Made by a program: the position numbers and the translations under genes. Under the pieces are notes generated by a model that ran no database searches, was not told the origin of the DNA, and worked only from the letters and a program-made list of their open reading frames with translations. A DNA stretch of 64,000 nt from Kiritimatiellia bacterium (GTDB taxonomy: Bacteria > Verrucomicrobiota > Kiritimatiellia > RFP12 > UBA1067): contig JBMNFY010000006.1 of the NCBI GenBank assembly GCA_050949565.1, positions 1 through 64,000 of the forward strand. Direction: 5' to 3'. Positions 18,956 through 29,684 of this stretch are shown here, in pieces. The stretch's first letter is position 1; each line of letters starts with the position of its first letter.

Positions 18956-20344
18956 ATGAAAGATATACAGATCACACGTCGCAGGTTTGTGCAGGCGTCT
19001 TCGGCCGCTGCGGCGTTGGCGTTGATGGGCACGGGAGGGTGCGGGATGAAAGGCAGCGACCGCGCGGTCAAGATCGTGGTGGTCGGCGGCGGCGCGGCGG
19101 GCCTCGGCATGTCGGCGCGGTTGGTGCGGCTGCTGAAGAATGCGCAGATCACGTTGATCGATCCGGCGGAGCGTCAGTTCTATCAGCCCGGCTTCACCCT
19201 GATCGGCTCCGGTGTGTACCGTAACCCGAATAAGGTGTGGCGTCGACAAGCGGACTGCATTCCGGAGGGCGTGAAGTGGGTCAAGCAGGCCGTCACGGAG
19301 CTTGATCCGGCCAAGAACACGGTGACCGTCGCGGGCGGAGCGGTATATCCCTACGATTTTCTGGTGCTCACGCCCGGCATCCAGTGCAATTGGGAAGCGA
19401 TTGAAGGGCTTTCTTACAAGACGTTGGGTGAAGGAAATGTGCACAGCATCTACGATTTTGAAGGGGCCCAGAAAACGTGGAAGGCTGTGCAGGCGTTCGT
19501 TGAAAAGGGCGGGCGCGGCGTGTTTGCCGATACCTACACCAAACACAAATGCGGTGGCGCGCCCAAGAAGATCTGCCTGTTGACCGAACACCTTTCGCGA
19601 AAGCGCGGCATGCGTGACAGCCTGAAGTTCGATTTCTTCACGGCTTCCAAACAGCTTTATGATGTGCCGCTTTTCACGCCGCGTCTGGAGCAGATCTATA
19701 AAGAGCGCTCCGTCAGCATAAACACGCGTATGCGGATCAAGGGTGTGGACACTGCCGCCAAAAAGGTACACTTCATCCGAACCGAGACTATCAAGAGAGA
19801 GGTGCCCGACCCGCAGACCCTCGGCGCGGTGAAAGCGGTGGATGAGGTCGTCACGACCCCCGTTGTGGAGGAGTACGATTTCCTGCATCTCGCTCCGCCA
19901 CAAAGCGCGCCGGATTTTGTGCGTCAGGCCGGTTTGGGCTGGACTGAAGGCAGTCTGGCCGCCGAGGCTTGGGTGATGGTCGACAAAGGAACGCTGGTCC
20001 ATAAGAAATTCGCCAACATTGTGAGCCTTGGCGATGTGGCCGGTATCCCGACCAGCAAAACATCGGCTGCCGTGCGCAAACAAATTCCGGTTGCAGTCCG
20101 TAACTTGATTGCGCTTATCGAAGGGCGTGAGCCTGAGGCAATTTATGACGGCTACGCCGCTTGCCCGATCGTGACTGACTACGGTCATGTGCTGATGGCG
20201 GAATTTGACTACGACAAAAAGCCGAAAATCAGTTTCCCGCTTTCGCTGCTCGACATGTCGCGGGAAAGGCGGATAGCCTGGTTTCTGAAGGTCTACGTGC
20301 TCAAGCCGCTCTATTTCTATGGAATGATTCCGGGGTACTGGTGA
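18956..20344 (+). CDS. Tat-exported FAD-dependent sulfide:quinone oxidoreductase-like protein
   Basis: TRRRFV Tat motif and GTGGC lipobox-like; VVGGGAAG, YQPGFTLIGSG, KCGGAPKKI, LGDVAGIPTSKT, YDGYAACP. Confidence 0.8.
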   Translation: MKDIQITRRRFVQASSAAAALALMGTGGCGMKGSDRAVKIVVVGGGAAGLGMSARLVRLLKNAQITLIDPAERQFYQPGFTLIGSGVYRNPNKVWRRQADCIPEGVKWVKQAVTELDPAKNTVTVAGGAVYPYDFLVLTPGIQCNWEAIEGLSYKTLGEGNVHSIYDFEGAQKTWKAVQAFVEKGGRGVFADTYTKHKCGGAPKKICLLTEHLSRKRGMRDSLKFDFFTASKQLYDVPLFTPRLEQIYKERSVSINTRMRIKGVDTAAKKVHFIRTETIKREVPDPQTLGAVKAVDEVVTTPVVEEYDFLHLAPPQSAPDFVRQAGLGWTEGSLAAEAWVMVDKGTLVHKKFANIVSLGDVAGIPTSKTSAAVRKQIPVAVRNLIALIEGREPEAIYDGYAACPIVTDYGHVLMAEFDYDKKPKISFPLSLLDMSRERRIAWFLKVYVLKPLYFYGMIPGYW

Positions 20345-20393
20345 GGCAGCGCAGAACGTAGAACTCAGAACTTCGAACTCGGAACGGGAGACC

Positions 20394-21197
20394 ATGAGAC
20401 GAGAACGGTCAGTTCGTCATCCGCAGAAGCAGAAACGCGGTGTGCCGTCAGCAGAGCGCGGCGACTGGATTTACGGTCGTCGGCCGGTGATGGAGGTGGT
20501 GAAGGCGGGCAAGCGCCACCTTTACGAGGCACTGTTGCCGCCACCCGGACGCGATGCGCCCGAGATTGCCGAACTGCGCACGCTGTTACAGACTCAGGGT
20601 GTGCCGTTTCGTGCGGCGGAGCGCGTCGAGTTGGACGAGCGTTGCGCGGGCGGCAACCATCAGGGCGTGGCGCTTCGCACTGGCGGTTTCCCTTATATTT
20701 CGTTTGATCAGGTGGTGCACGATGTCAAGGCGAATGCCGATGCCGTGGTGCTGTTCCTTGACCACATTGAAGACCCGCAGAATGTCGGCTCGCTGTTGCG
20801 CACGGCGGATGCGACCGGCGTGACTGCTGTCGTATTGCCGGAAGACCGCGCGGCTGGCGTCACGCCCGCCGCTGTACGCGCTTCGGCAGGAGCTTCTGAG
20901 CATCTGCGCGTGGCCAAGGTCGTGAATCTGGTGCGCGCCATGCAGGAACTGAAAGAGCTAGGCGTTTGGATGACGGGGCTCGACATGCGGCCGCAGGCCA
21001 AGCCCTACACCGCGCTCGATTTCACGGGACGGACGGGGCTCGTAGTCGGCAGTGAGGGACGCGGTCTTTCACGCCTTGTCAGCGAGACTTGTGACTTTAT
21101 CGCTTGCCTGCCCATGAAAGGCAGCGTCGCCTCGCTCAACGCCGGTGTCGCCGGTGCCGTCGCGTTGTACGAAATTGTACGGCAGCGGGCTCGATAG
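20394..21197 (+). CDS. rlmB: 23S rRNA (Gm2251) 2'-O-methyltransferase, SpoU/TrmH family
   Basis: IYGRRPV, HQGV, LDHIEDPQNVGSLLRTA, GSEGRG, SLNAGVA. Confidence 0.88.
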   Translation: MRRERSVRHPQKQKRGVPSAERGDWIYGRRPVMEVVKAGKRHLYEALLPPPGRDAPEIAELRTLLQTQGVPFRAAERVELDERCAGGNHQGVALRTGGFPYISFDQVVHDVKANADAVVLFLDHIEDPQNVGSLLRTADATGVTAVVLPEDRAAGVTPAAVRASAGASEHLRVAKVVNLVRAMQELKELGVWMTGLDMRPQAKPYTALDFTGRTGLVVGSEGRGLSRLVSETCDFIACLPMKGSVASLNAGVAGAVALYEIVRQRAR

Positions 21198-21250
21198 AAT
21201 CGAGTGATCGATTTTCTCGATTCCCTCGATTCTACCGATTGCGCCAGAAA

Positions 21251-21640
21251 TTACGCGACCGTGATGGCGCGCTCGGAGGCCCAGAGGCCGTGAATGTTAC
21301 AGTAGGCCGTGGCGTAGAGCTTGCCGGAGGCGGCGAGCTTCGCGCTGACGGCTACCGTGCTGCATGTGGAGGCCGGGCCTTTGTCAGCGCCTTCCGCGCC
21401 AGCACCGTGCGCGCTGAATTCGCAGCGTGCGATCTCGAAAGAGACCTTGGTCCCTTCCGGCACGTAGTGGAGGGCGATCCAGACAATGTGGTGCGCTGTG
21501 GTGTTCGGGTGCGGAATCTCGCTGCCCACCGAAATCTTGATGGCAAGCGCCTCGCCCGTCTTCACCGTGTCGGCACACTCGATTACCGGCACGTGCTTCT
21601 CGTTTTTCCAATCCGCACTTCTGACAAATTCTGACAACAT
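21251..21640 (-). CDS. Superoxide reductase (neelaredoxin-type, 1Fe)
   Basis: EKHVP, HPNTTAHHIVWI, YCNIHGLW. Confidence 0.92.
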   Translation of the reverse strand: MLSEFVRSADWKNEKHVPVIECADTVKTGEALAIKISVGSEIPHPNTTAHHIVWIALHYVPEGTKVSFEIARCEFSAHGAGAEGADKGPASTCSTVAVSAKLAASGKLYATAYCNIHGLWASERAITVA

Positions 21641-21734
21641 GGCTAAGTCCTTTCTGTTTGAATGAATCGCCAGTGTACTGAAAAAGTCACTCGAAACGCA
21701 AGCGGCCAATGGTCATAGTTGACGGTCATTGGTT

Positions 21735-23654
21735 TCACTGCTGTGCGTCGGCCGGGGTAATCCTTTCCAGTGTACCGCCGGTGAAGTAGATCGGGGCCTC
21801 GGAGACCGGCAGGACGCAAGTGGTCGTGTTGTCACGCCACCGGGGGGCCAATGCACCGCCGGTATGCGTGGTGAAGGTGATCGCCTTGGATGAGAAGGTC
21901 AAGGCAAGCTCTCGGGAGGTGCCGAATGACCAGATTGCGCCTGCGGGACGGCCATCGGGCCGTTGCCACTGTGGATGGTAGAGTGTACCGTTTTCTGATT
22001 TCCACGGGCGGTTTAGCACGGTCGAGCCTGCGGGGCGCTGCGCGGCAAGTGTCTTGTAGGCGAGGTAGGCGGGCTTGGGCGAAAAGTCGCGGTGTACCAG
22101 GCCGAAGTGGCTTTCCGGGTCGCGATCATCGGTCTCGGGTGCCTGAAACTCATACCAGTAGAAACGCTCGATGCCGTGCTGAAACGAAATCAGGGCGGCG
22201 CGGGGCATGACTTCGGACTGTACCTGCTCGCTGGAACCGCGCAACCCCGTTTCCATAAAAGCGGAGAGGACCAGTGAGCCTTTGAGGTCTGAGTTGTACG
22301 CGATGACAGCGGCCGCAGTGCCGGTGTAACCGTTATGGACACCGGCCGCGAGCGGAATGAATCGATCACCTTCCTTCAAACCGCGGGGCGCGATAAAGCG
22401 CGTGGCCGTAAAGCCCTCCTTGGGGGCGTCCAGCGCTTGGGCAGAGCCAGTGAGATGTACCTGCATCTTCTCTGGAATGCGCGGCTTGTCCATCCACCAC
22501 GCTTCGAGGCCGAAGCGGAAATTGGGCAGGCGGAACGTGTTGTCTTGTTGCCAAGTGCCGTCGGCAGCACGTGTTCGGGCGTAGTAAAAAGGCGCTCCGC
22601 CGAATTCGACGAGCGTGCCGCCTTCACGCATATAGCGGTAGAGACGGTCGAAGCCGGTGGCCGGGTAGGATTCGTCAAAGGGCAGCATGACGGCATCCAC
22701 GTCATGGGCGTCCAGCGCGGTGAGCAAGGCATCGAGCGAAAGCCGCCGCACGCGACTGTTCGCGGGGAGTTCTGATGCCAGTAGCTCTTCGGAAGGTGCG
22801 GCGGTCCGTGAGAAGGTGGGATCGTCCATCACCAGAATGTGCCACGCGTCCTTTTTCTTGCCGGAAAGAGCGGTCGCGAGCGCCGTTCGCAGTAGGCCGG
22901 GCACGGTCAGTCGGTGCTTCTGGGTGGGCCAGCCGATTTCGGTGAACCAGATTTTTTTATCGGCGTCGCCATGTTTGGTCATGATGGTGCGCAACCCCGC
23001 GATCGACGCTTCGAGTGTCGCTTCGGGCATGCCGGGGTGCGAATACGGGTGAACGTTCATGATATCGAAGTAGGGTTTCGCGCCGGCCAGATAGAGGCGG
23101 TCGATGTAGTTGGTTGGCACGCCTGCGTACCCGCCGACCGCGACTTGCAGCTTGGGGTTGACGGCCTTGATCGTCTCGTAAGAGGCTTTCAAGAGGCTGA
23201 GGTAAGCGGTCGGATCGGGATCTTTCCAGAACCCGGGATGGTTCTGCTCGTTCCACACTTCCCAGACCGGGATGCGGGTTTGATAACGCTCGACGAGCGT
23301 GCGGACATAAGTTTTCCATGCGTCGAGATGTTCGTGCGCGGGGTTGGCGAAACGGGTGTTGTAGGCGAGGATCGGCAGGATCTGGATGCCGGTCTTTTCG
23401 GCGTCATCCAGCACGGTGTCAAGGTGATCGAAGACCCAAGTATCGGCATTGGGCTGCACGCCCGACCAGTCGAAGTCTGAACGCACGGAGGCGATACCCG
23501 CGTCGTGAATGAGCTTGAAGGCGGTGGTGCGCGTGGGGAACTCCTGACCACGCGTGACATGTGAGCAGACACCGTATGGGGAGTCCGCGCCACTTGCCCG
23601 GACACACAAAAAGAGGGCTGAAATGACAATCCCACCCCCCATCATTTTTTTCAT
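21735..23654 (-). CDS. Secreted clan GH-A glycoside hydrolase (GH39/GH5-like) with internal insertion domain
   Basis: Signal peptide; WEVWNEQN (acid/base), NVHPY, IWFTEIGW (nucleophile), HFGLV…PKPAY. Confidence 0.8.
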   Translation of the reverse strand: MKKMMGGGIVISALFLCVRASGADSPYGVCSHVTRGQEFPTRTTAFKLIHDAGIASVRSDFDWSGVQPNADTWVFDHLDTVLDDAEKTGIQILPILAYNTRFANPAHEHLDAWKTYVRTLVERYQTRIPVWEVWNEQNHPGFWKDPDPTAYLSLLKASYETIKAVNPKLQVAVGGYAGVPTNYIDRLYLAGAKPYFDIMNVHPYSHPGMPEATLEASIAGLRTIMTKHGDADKKIWFTEIGWPTQKHRLTVPGLLRTALATALSGKKKDAWHILVMDDPTFSRTAAPSEELLASELPANSRVRRLSLDALLTALDAHDVDAVMLPFDESYPATGFDRLYRYMREGGTLVEFGGAPFYYARTRAADGTWQQDNTFRLPNFRFGLEAWWMDKPRIPEKMQVHLTGSAQALDAPKEGFTATRFIAPRGLKEGDRFIPLAAGVHNGYTGTAAAVIAYNSDLKGSLVLSAFMETGLRGSSEQVQSEVMPRAALISFQHGIERFYWYEFQAPETDDRDPESHFGLVHRDFSPKPAYLAYKTLAAQRPAGSTVLNRPWKSENGTLYHPQWQRPDGRPAGAIWSFGTSRELALTFSSKAITFTTHTGGALAPRWRDNTTTCVLPVSEAPIYFTGGTLERITPADAQQ

Positions 23655-23891
23655 TGAGGGTCCCCGGCCCTTGTTTTGAATGTTCTGAAGCAATCCGCAT
23701 TCACGCATTTTTTGTCCATACAAGCTCATCTGGCGTCTCCTAGGTTACAGGCGTTCCAACGTCTCTGTGTCCCCTAAACGATACCATTTCTGCGGGTTAC
23801 AAAAAAGACGCGGTTTGGGTAACAGCGATAGTGCACGTCAGTCCAGTAAATGCTATGCTTCCTACGTAACGTTTTGATGAAAGGTGACGGT

Positions 23892-25118
23892 ATGACACTG
23901 AAACGATGGATGCTGGTGGTCGGTTGGATAGGGGCGGGGATGCTGGGCTTCGGTGATACGCCGACCAGCGAGATTCACGGTGCGCCCGCGCAACAGGCGC
24001 GCGCGGAGATTCTCTGGACGCGGGCGATTTGTAAACAGCCGGGACGGTATATCGGTTGGCCGACTGCCTGTCTGCGAAAAAACGGCGAGTTGCTGGCAGT
24101 TTTTTCCGGGGACCGCGATGCGCATGTCTGTCCGTTCGGCAAGGTGCAGATGATCCGCAGCACGGACCTCGGCGAGTCGTGGTCCGTAGCGCAAACCATC
24201 TGCAATACGCAGCTTGATGACCGCGACGCAGGTATCGTTGAACTGCCCAACGGCGATTTAGTGGTGGCGTGGTTCACCTCGGTGGCCTACATGGGAAGCA
24301 TTCGCGACCGGAGCAAGCTCAAGCCCGGTTCTCCGCAATTCTACTGGTGGCTCCACGACGAGAAACTCCCGCACGCAGTCAAGCAAGAGTGGCTCGGTTA
24401 TTTCACGACGCGCTCCAGCGACGGCGGCAAGACGTGGGAGGCGCCGGTGAAGACCCACGGTTCCGCCAATCACGGTCCGATCGTGTTGAAAGACGGACGG
24501 CTGTTGATGGTGGGGCGGCGCTGGCTGGGCGACGGCACCTCTGCCGTGTGGAAGGAAGGTAAGCATGAACTGACCGTCGAAGAGTCACGCGACAACGGCC
24601 GCTCTTGGCAACTCATCGCGATGATCGAACCCACACCGCCTGATGAGATCGGCCAGTTTCACGAGCCGCATCTGGTGGAGACCGATGACGGTCGTTTGGT
24701 GGCACAGTTCCGGTTCCACGCCAAACCCGCGCCGGGCGCGAAGCACCGCGACGAGGCACAATGCAAGCTACGGCAGGCCGAGAGCCGCGACGGAGGCAAA
24801 ACGTGGACGCGCATGGTGCCCACCGAGATGCAGGGATATCCGCCGCACCTGATCAAGTTGCGTGGCGGTCGCTTGCTGACAGTCTACGGTCGCAGGCTTG
24901 GTCCTGGCTTCGGCGAGTATGCGTGTCTTAGTGACGATCACGGGCGGACCTGGGATGTCGCCAACGAAATCAAGTTGGCCGGTCATTTCAACGGTGATCT
25001 TGGCTACCCCGCTTCGGTACAGCTTCCGGATGACACGATCCTTACGATCTACTATCAGGCGGAAAAGCAGGGCGAGCAAACGTGTCTGATGGCGACCAAG
25101 TGGCGCGTCAAACCATAG
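23892..25118 (+). CDS. Secreted sialidase-family (BNR repeat) protein
   Basis: Five Asp-boxes (STDLGESW, SSDGGKTW, SRDNGRSW, SRDGGKTW, SDDHGRTW); DLGYP. Confidence 0.85.
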   Translation: MTLKRWMLVVGWIGAGMLGFGDTPTSEIHGAPAQQARAEILWTRAICKQPGRYIGWPTACLRKNGELLAVFSGDRDAHVCPFGKVQMIRSTDLGESWSVAQTICNTQLDDRDAGIVELPNGDLVVAWFTSVAYMGSIRDRSKLKPGSPQFYWWLHDEKLPHAVKQEWLGYFTTRSSDGGKTWEAPVKTHGSANHGPIVLKDGRLLMVGRRWLGDGTSAVWKEGKHELTVEESRDNGRSWQLIAMIEPTPPDEIGQFHEPHLVETDDGRLVAQFRFHAKPAPGAKHRDEAQCKLRQAESRDGGKTWTRMVPTEMQGYPPHLIKLRGGRLLTVYGRRLGPGFGEYACLSDDHGRTWDVANEIKLAGHFNGDLGYPASVQLPDDTILTIYYQAEKQGEQTCLMATKWRVKP

Positions 25119-26126
25119 TTACGCCTTGAAGCAGGCGGTCAGGTGATTCGGGTCGCGAGGCGAGGGCTTCAGGATCGGCGCCGCCGCACGGCAGGTGTCG
25201 TCCGCCAGCGGGCAACGCGGCGCGAAGGCGCATCCGCTCTGGGGGCGACGGCTGGTAGGCTCTGAGGGGACGCCGGTCTCTTCCGGTAGCGGGACGCCGA
25301 TTTTCGGCACAGCGTGCAACAGCAACTGCGTGTAAGGATGGGCCGGTTCGCCGAGGACCGTTGGCGCCGGGCCGGTCTCGACGATGCTGCCCAAGTACAT
25401 TACGGCGATGCGGTCCGCAATGTGCTGCACAACGCCGATGTCATGCGTGATGAAGAGATAGGCCAACCCGCGCTTTTCTTGCAGGTCTTCAAGCAAATTC
25501 AGCACTTGAGCACGCACGGAGAGATCGAGTGCGCTGACCGCCTCGTCGCAGATCAGGAGTTGCGGTTCGAGCGCCAGCGCGCGCGCGATGCAGAGGCGTT
25601 GACGCTGGCCGCCGGAGAAGGCATGCGGATAACGGTCGAGAATATCGTCAGACATGCCGACATCGGCGAGCAACCGGACGGCCGCTTCGCGACGGTTCTC
25701 GCGCGTGACCAGCCCGTGCGCCAGCATGGCTTCTGTCAGGATGTCGAGCACGGTGTGGCGCGGATTCAACGAGGCGTAGGGGTCTTGGAAGACCACCTGC
25801 ACGGTGCGGCGGTAGGCATGGAGCGCCGCGCCGCGCGCACGCAGGACATTGACCCCGTCGACATGGATCGTGCCTTCGCGCGGACGCTCCAGACGGAGTA
25901 TCGAGCGGGCCAGCGTCGATTTGCCGCACCCCGATTCGCCAACGACACCCAGCGTCTCGCCGCGCGCCAAGGTCAAGTCGACACCATCCACCGCACGGAC
26001 GTATCCGACCGTACGGGCGAACACGCCCTTTTTCACGGGATACCAAGTCTTTAAGCCTCGGATATCGAGCAACGGTTGAATGGGCGAACTAGGAAACTGC
26101 ATGGGTGCCATTATAGAAGGGGACAA
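25119..26126 (-). CDS. Oligopeptide/dipeptide ABC transporter ATP-binding subunit (OppF/DppF-like); start uncertain
   Basis: [49 protein letters not shown]. Confidence 0.93.
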   Translation of the reverse strand: MSPSIMAPMQFPSSPIQPLLDIRGLKTWYPVKKGVFARTVGYVRAVDGVDLTLARGETLGVVGESGCGKSTLARSILRLERPREGTIHVDGVNVLRARGAALHAYRRTVQVVFQDPYASLNPRHTVLDILTEAMLAHGLVTRENRREAAVRLLADVGMSDDILDRYPHAFSGGQRQRLCIARALALEPQLLICDEAVSALDLSVRAQVLNLLEDLQEKRGLAYLFITHDIGVVQHIADRIAVMYLGSIVETGPAPTVLGEPAHPYTQLLLHAVPKIGVPLPEETGVPSEPTSRRPQSGCAFAPRCPLADDTCRAAAPILKPSPRDPNHLTACFKA

Positions 26127-26185
26127 ACGGAGATGTCCACGCCAAATGAGAAGGGTTGCAGGTTTCGGGTTTCTGGTTTCAGGCC

Positions 26186-26300
26186 TTAACTCAGAACGCT
26201 GAACGTCAGAAGTCGAAAACTTCTTGCCCCTAACTTACACGATCAAAGTTATCCTGATTGACATTCCCGTGCGAAACGCGGGCGGCGGGCTGACCGATTA
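26186..26300 (-). repeat. Dispersed ~120-bp element, copy 1
   Basis: Reverse complement aligns along its length with 50305-50430 (TAATCGGT.AGCCCGC…TCGCACGGGAATGT.AAT.AGGATAACTTTG…GTGTAAGTTA..GGCAAG.AGTTTTCGACTTC…GTTCAGCGTTCTGAGTTAA). Confidence 0.8.
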
Positions 26301-26416
26301 CCAACTTGAAACCAAATGCGCTTGTCAGGCGCGGGGGGCATGGGATATGCTTCTCATACGCTGATGTTCGGTGTTTCAACGCGCAGGATGGCGCGACCAA
26401 AAATGGGGGATGACAG

Positions 26417-28921
26417 ATGAGGATGCTCGGTGTGGCAGGTGTGTGCGCGGTTCTGATGGGAGTGCACGCGTGGGCGGTGGAACTGGTCGCGAATCCCGGT
26501 TTCGAGACGGTGGACGATAAGGGAGGACCGGCGGAGTGGGGATGGTGGACGCGCGAGCCCGGTGCCGGCCGCATGGAGTTGTCGGATGAGCGGCATGACG
26601 GCGAGCGTTCGCTCAGGATCATTCACACGGGCGAGAAGGATTGGTGCACCACCAACAGCCGCCGCACGCCGGTCGAGCCCGGTGAGTCGTATGCGATCAC
26701 CTGCTGGATGAAGCGCGCCGGTGACGCCCGTGGAGGCTCCGTTCAAGTGGTGGGCAACAAGGGGAGGGAACTGGTCAGTTGGTCGATCGGACGTACCGCC
26801 GAGCCGCGCCGTGCCGGATGGCAGCGTTGCAAGTCGTGGTTCACGGTGCCGGAGGGGGTCGACACGGTCTATGTGCGCGTCGTGGGCGCCGGAAAGAGTG
26901 ACTTCTGGGTGGACGATGTGCAGGTCGTGCCCGAAGTAGAGCCGCCTATGCCCAGGGGGCCCAAGGTTGACGGTTGGGCCAAGACGCGTCCGGTCGAACC
27001 CATGGGCCGCGGTGCGCTGGCGGTCGAGACGGCGGAGGGCGTTTACGTAAATTGGCGCTTGCTGCGTGAGGATGATCCCAAGATCGCATTCAATGTGTTC
27101 CGCCAGAAAGACGGTGCCCGTGTCAAACTCAATGCGACGCCGATCACGCAGACGACGGATTTTCTGGATACGAACGGGTTCGATGCCGCAGTGAGTTACG
27201 TGGTCGAGCCGGCGGACGGCTTCAAAGGCGCGTCGCAGACGGTCTCGCCGATCGCGCTACAAGGACGTCAGACGCCGTACGTGCGTATCCCGCTGGCTGC
27301 GACGAACGTGACCGCGCAGAAAATCGGCGTGGGCGATCTTGACGGTGACGGCCAGTTTGATTATGTGATCAAGCAGCCGGGCGGTAATGTTGATCCGTGG
27401 CATAAGTACTGGTACAAGTCGCCGGAGACCTTCAAGCTTGAGGCGCGGCGGCACGACGGCACGTTGCTGTGGATCAAGGACCTTGGCTGGAACATTGAGC
27501 GCGGCATGTGGTACTCGCCCATGATCGTGTGCGATGTGAATGGCGACGGCCGCGCTGAGGTAATCACCAAGATCGGTCCGGACGAGGACATGCGCGACGC
27601 CGAAGGCAAGGTCGAGCGGGGGGAGGAGTGGATGGCGGTGTTTGACGGGCTCACCGGGCGCGAACTCGCGCGTGCGCCGTGGCCGCCGCGCGACCTTTTC
27701 CCGAGTTACAACTACGCCTCGCGCAACCAGATCGCCGTGGCCTACCTGGATGGACGGACGCCCTGCCTGCTTGCGCTACGTGGCACCTACAACCTGATGC
27801 TGGCCGATGCCTGGCAGTTCAAAGATGGGCAGTTGCAGCGGCTCTGGTCCTATACGAACGAGGATCTGCCCGGCCGTTATCAGGGACAGGGCGCGCACAA
27901 TTGCCTCTGCGCCGATGTGGACGGCGACGGCCGTGATGAGGTGATTCTGGGCTCGGTGACACTGGATGACGATGGTGCGCCGCTCTGGACTACCGGCAAG
28001 GGACATCCCGACGCGCACTATTACGGCGATATCGATCCCGTGCGTCCCGGTATGGAGATGGCGTACATCATTGAAACGCGGCAGGTCAAAGAGGGGGGCA
28101 TCCATCTCTTGGACCCGACGAATGGCACGATCCTCTGGCAGTTGCAGGAGCCCACGCGGCATGTGCACGGTTTCGGTATCTGCAGCGATATAGACCCGAC
28201 CCAGCCGGGGCTGGAGATTTATGGTGCGGATGCCGACGGACATACGCTGACGGAAAAGCGTTGGCTGTTTTCTGCGGATGGCCGTCTGCTGAAATCGGGC
28301 AAGGAGCTGAACTTCGGCTTCGGCGTGTCGAGTGCGTGGTGGGATGCCGACTTACAGCGTGAACTGATACGCGGGCGCATGGTCGATTATGAAGGCGGCG
28401 CAGTGAGCGAGCGCATCGAGGGCAACGTGATACTGGTGGCCGATGTGTTGGGCGACTGGCGCGAGGAGGTGTTGACGAGCGTCGGCGGCGAGTTGCGCAT
28501 CTACACCACGCCGATTCCGGCGATGGATCGGCGCGTGTGCCTGATGCAGGACTCCGCTTACCGCATGCGCACGATGATGAACGCCATGGGGTATGCACAG
28601 ATACCGCTGCTCTCTTATGTGCCGGAGGCGCTCGCGCCCAATCTGAATGTGTCGGTGAACGCGCAAAAGGATCGGGGTGTTTGCCGTGTGGTTGTGGTCG
28701 CGCCGTTGGCGTACGGCTTGAAGGGCAGCGTGACGCTCTCCGCGCCGACGGGTGTCAAGCTTGAGACGGTCGAGATGCCGGTTGAACTCGCTCCCGGCTG
28801 TCGCAAGGTTTGGGAAATCCCGTATGAAGGCCGTCATAGCCAGCGGGGCGAACTGATTCGTGCGGAGTTGAAGATCGAGCAGGGCGTTACACTCAAGGGT
28901 GCGGTACCGTTGGGATTGTGA
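26417..28921 (+). CDS. Rhamnogalacturonan lyase (PL11-like) with N-terminal carbohydrate-binding module
   Basis: NPGFE CBM start; VYVNWRLL, GDLDGDGQFD, DVNGDGRAEV, GQGAHN…DVDGDGRDE, ADVLGDWREEV. Confidence 0.85.
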   Translation: MRMLGVAGVCAVLMGVHAWAVELVANPGFETVDDKGGPAEWGWWTREPGAGRMELSDERHDGERSLRIIHTGEKDWCTTNSRRTPVEPGESYAITCWMKRAGDARGGSVQVVGNKGRELVSWSIGRTAEPRRAGWQRCKSWFTVPEGVDTVYVRVVGAGKSDFWVDDVQVVPEVEPPMPRGPKVDGWAKTRPVEPMGRGALAVETAEGVYVNWRLLREDDPKIAFNVFRQKDGARVKLNATPITQTTDFLDTNGFDAAVSYVVEPADGFKGASQTVSPIALQGRQTPYVRIPLAATNVTAQKIGVGDLDGDGQFDYVIKQPGGNVDPWHKYWYKSPETFKLEARRHDGTLLWIKDLGWNIERGMWYSPMIVCDVNGDGRAEVITKIGPDEDMRDAEGKVERGEEWMAVFDGLTGRELARAPWPPRDLFPSYNYASRNQIAVAYLDGRTPCLLALRGTYNLMLADAWQFKDGQLQRLWSYTNEDLPGRYQGQGAHNCLCADVDGDGRDEVILGSVTLDDDGAPLWTTGKGHPDAHYYGDIDPVRPGMEMAYIIETRQVKEGGIHLLDPTNGTILWQLQEPTRHVHGFGICSDIDPTQPGLEIYGADADGHTLTEKRWLFSADGRLLKSGKELNFGFGVSSAWWDADLQRELIRGRMVDYEGGAVSERIEGNVILVADVLGDWREEVLTSVGGELRIYTTPIPAMDRRVCLMQDSAYRMRTMMNAMGYAQIPLLSYVPEALAPNLNVSVNAQKDRGVCRVVVVAPLAYGLKGSVTLSAPTGVKLETVEMPVELAPGCRKVWEIPYEGRHSQRGELIRAELKIEQGVTLKGAVPLGL

Positions 28922-28928
28922 AATACTG

Positions 28929-29678
28929 ATGCTTTCCGAGCGTACAGACCATGAAACATTGACGCGGCTGTTGTGGCTGTTCGTGTTGTTGTGTGTGGTC
29001 AGTCTGCTGGCCGGGGCCAGCCGCATGTGTCCGCCTGCGTGGCAGCTTCGGCCGTTCGGCGATGTCCTGCGAATCCGCGAGGCGCTCTCCATGTTTGTCT
29101 TTGCGCCCGCGATCGGGGTTCTGTTCTGGCTGCTGGTGCGGACGGTGGCACAAGGACGTCCGAGCCGTACAGTCGAGATACTGATGGTTCTGACGATTTA
29201 CTTCATCGCCTGCGGCATGGGCATGCACGATCCGACCAATCGCATAGAGTCTTTTTATCGCAGTAGTCAGGCGAAGTTGCCCGAGCTTTTCGCATCGCTC
29301 CGGTATTTGGACGACGAACTAGGTCACTGGGTCTTCTGGGGCGGCTTTGTGCTGGGCTCCTGGGTGCTTGGCTTGCAGCAACTGCTGACGCCGTTGCGTG
29401 AACGGATGAGTTGGCGGTGGCGTTGTGGATTCGCGGTGGTGGCTGTCGCCTTGCTTTGGGTGATGCTTACAAACCTGTGGGACGAGTATCCGAAGACCCG
29501 CGCGGATCTCTGCGTGATCGCGGCGGCGGTCGGTGTGCCGTTGGTGTTCCATCTGGTCGTACGGCGTGGTGTCGGGCTATTGCGGCTGCCGGTTTTGTGC
29601 GTGATCTATCCGGCGTATCTGGGCGCGATTGCAGGCACGTTGATCTGTTGGACCGTGCAGGGAAAGGCGATTTTTTAA
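28929..29678 (+). CDS. Multi-pass membrane protein, unknown function
   Basis: About 7 hydrophobic segments; GMGMHD…DDELGHW could be metal-binding. Confidence 0.6.
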   Translation: MLSERTDHETLTRLLWLFVLLCVVSLLAGASRMCPPAWQLRPFGDVLRIREALSMFVFAPAIGVLFWLLVRTVAQGRPSRTVEILMVLTIYFIACGMGMHDPTNRIESFYRSSQAKLPELFASLRYLDDELGHWVFWGGFVLGSWVLGLQQLLTPLRERMSWRWRCGFAVVAVALLWVMLTNLWDEYPKTRADLCVIAAAVGVPLVFHLVVRRGVGLLRLPVLCVIYPAYLGAIAGTLICWTVQGKAIF

Positions 29679-29684
29679 TACAGA

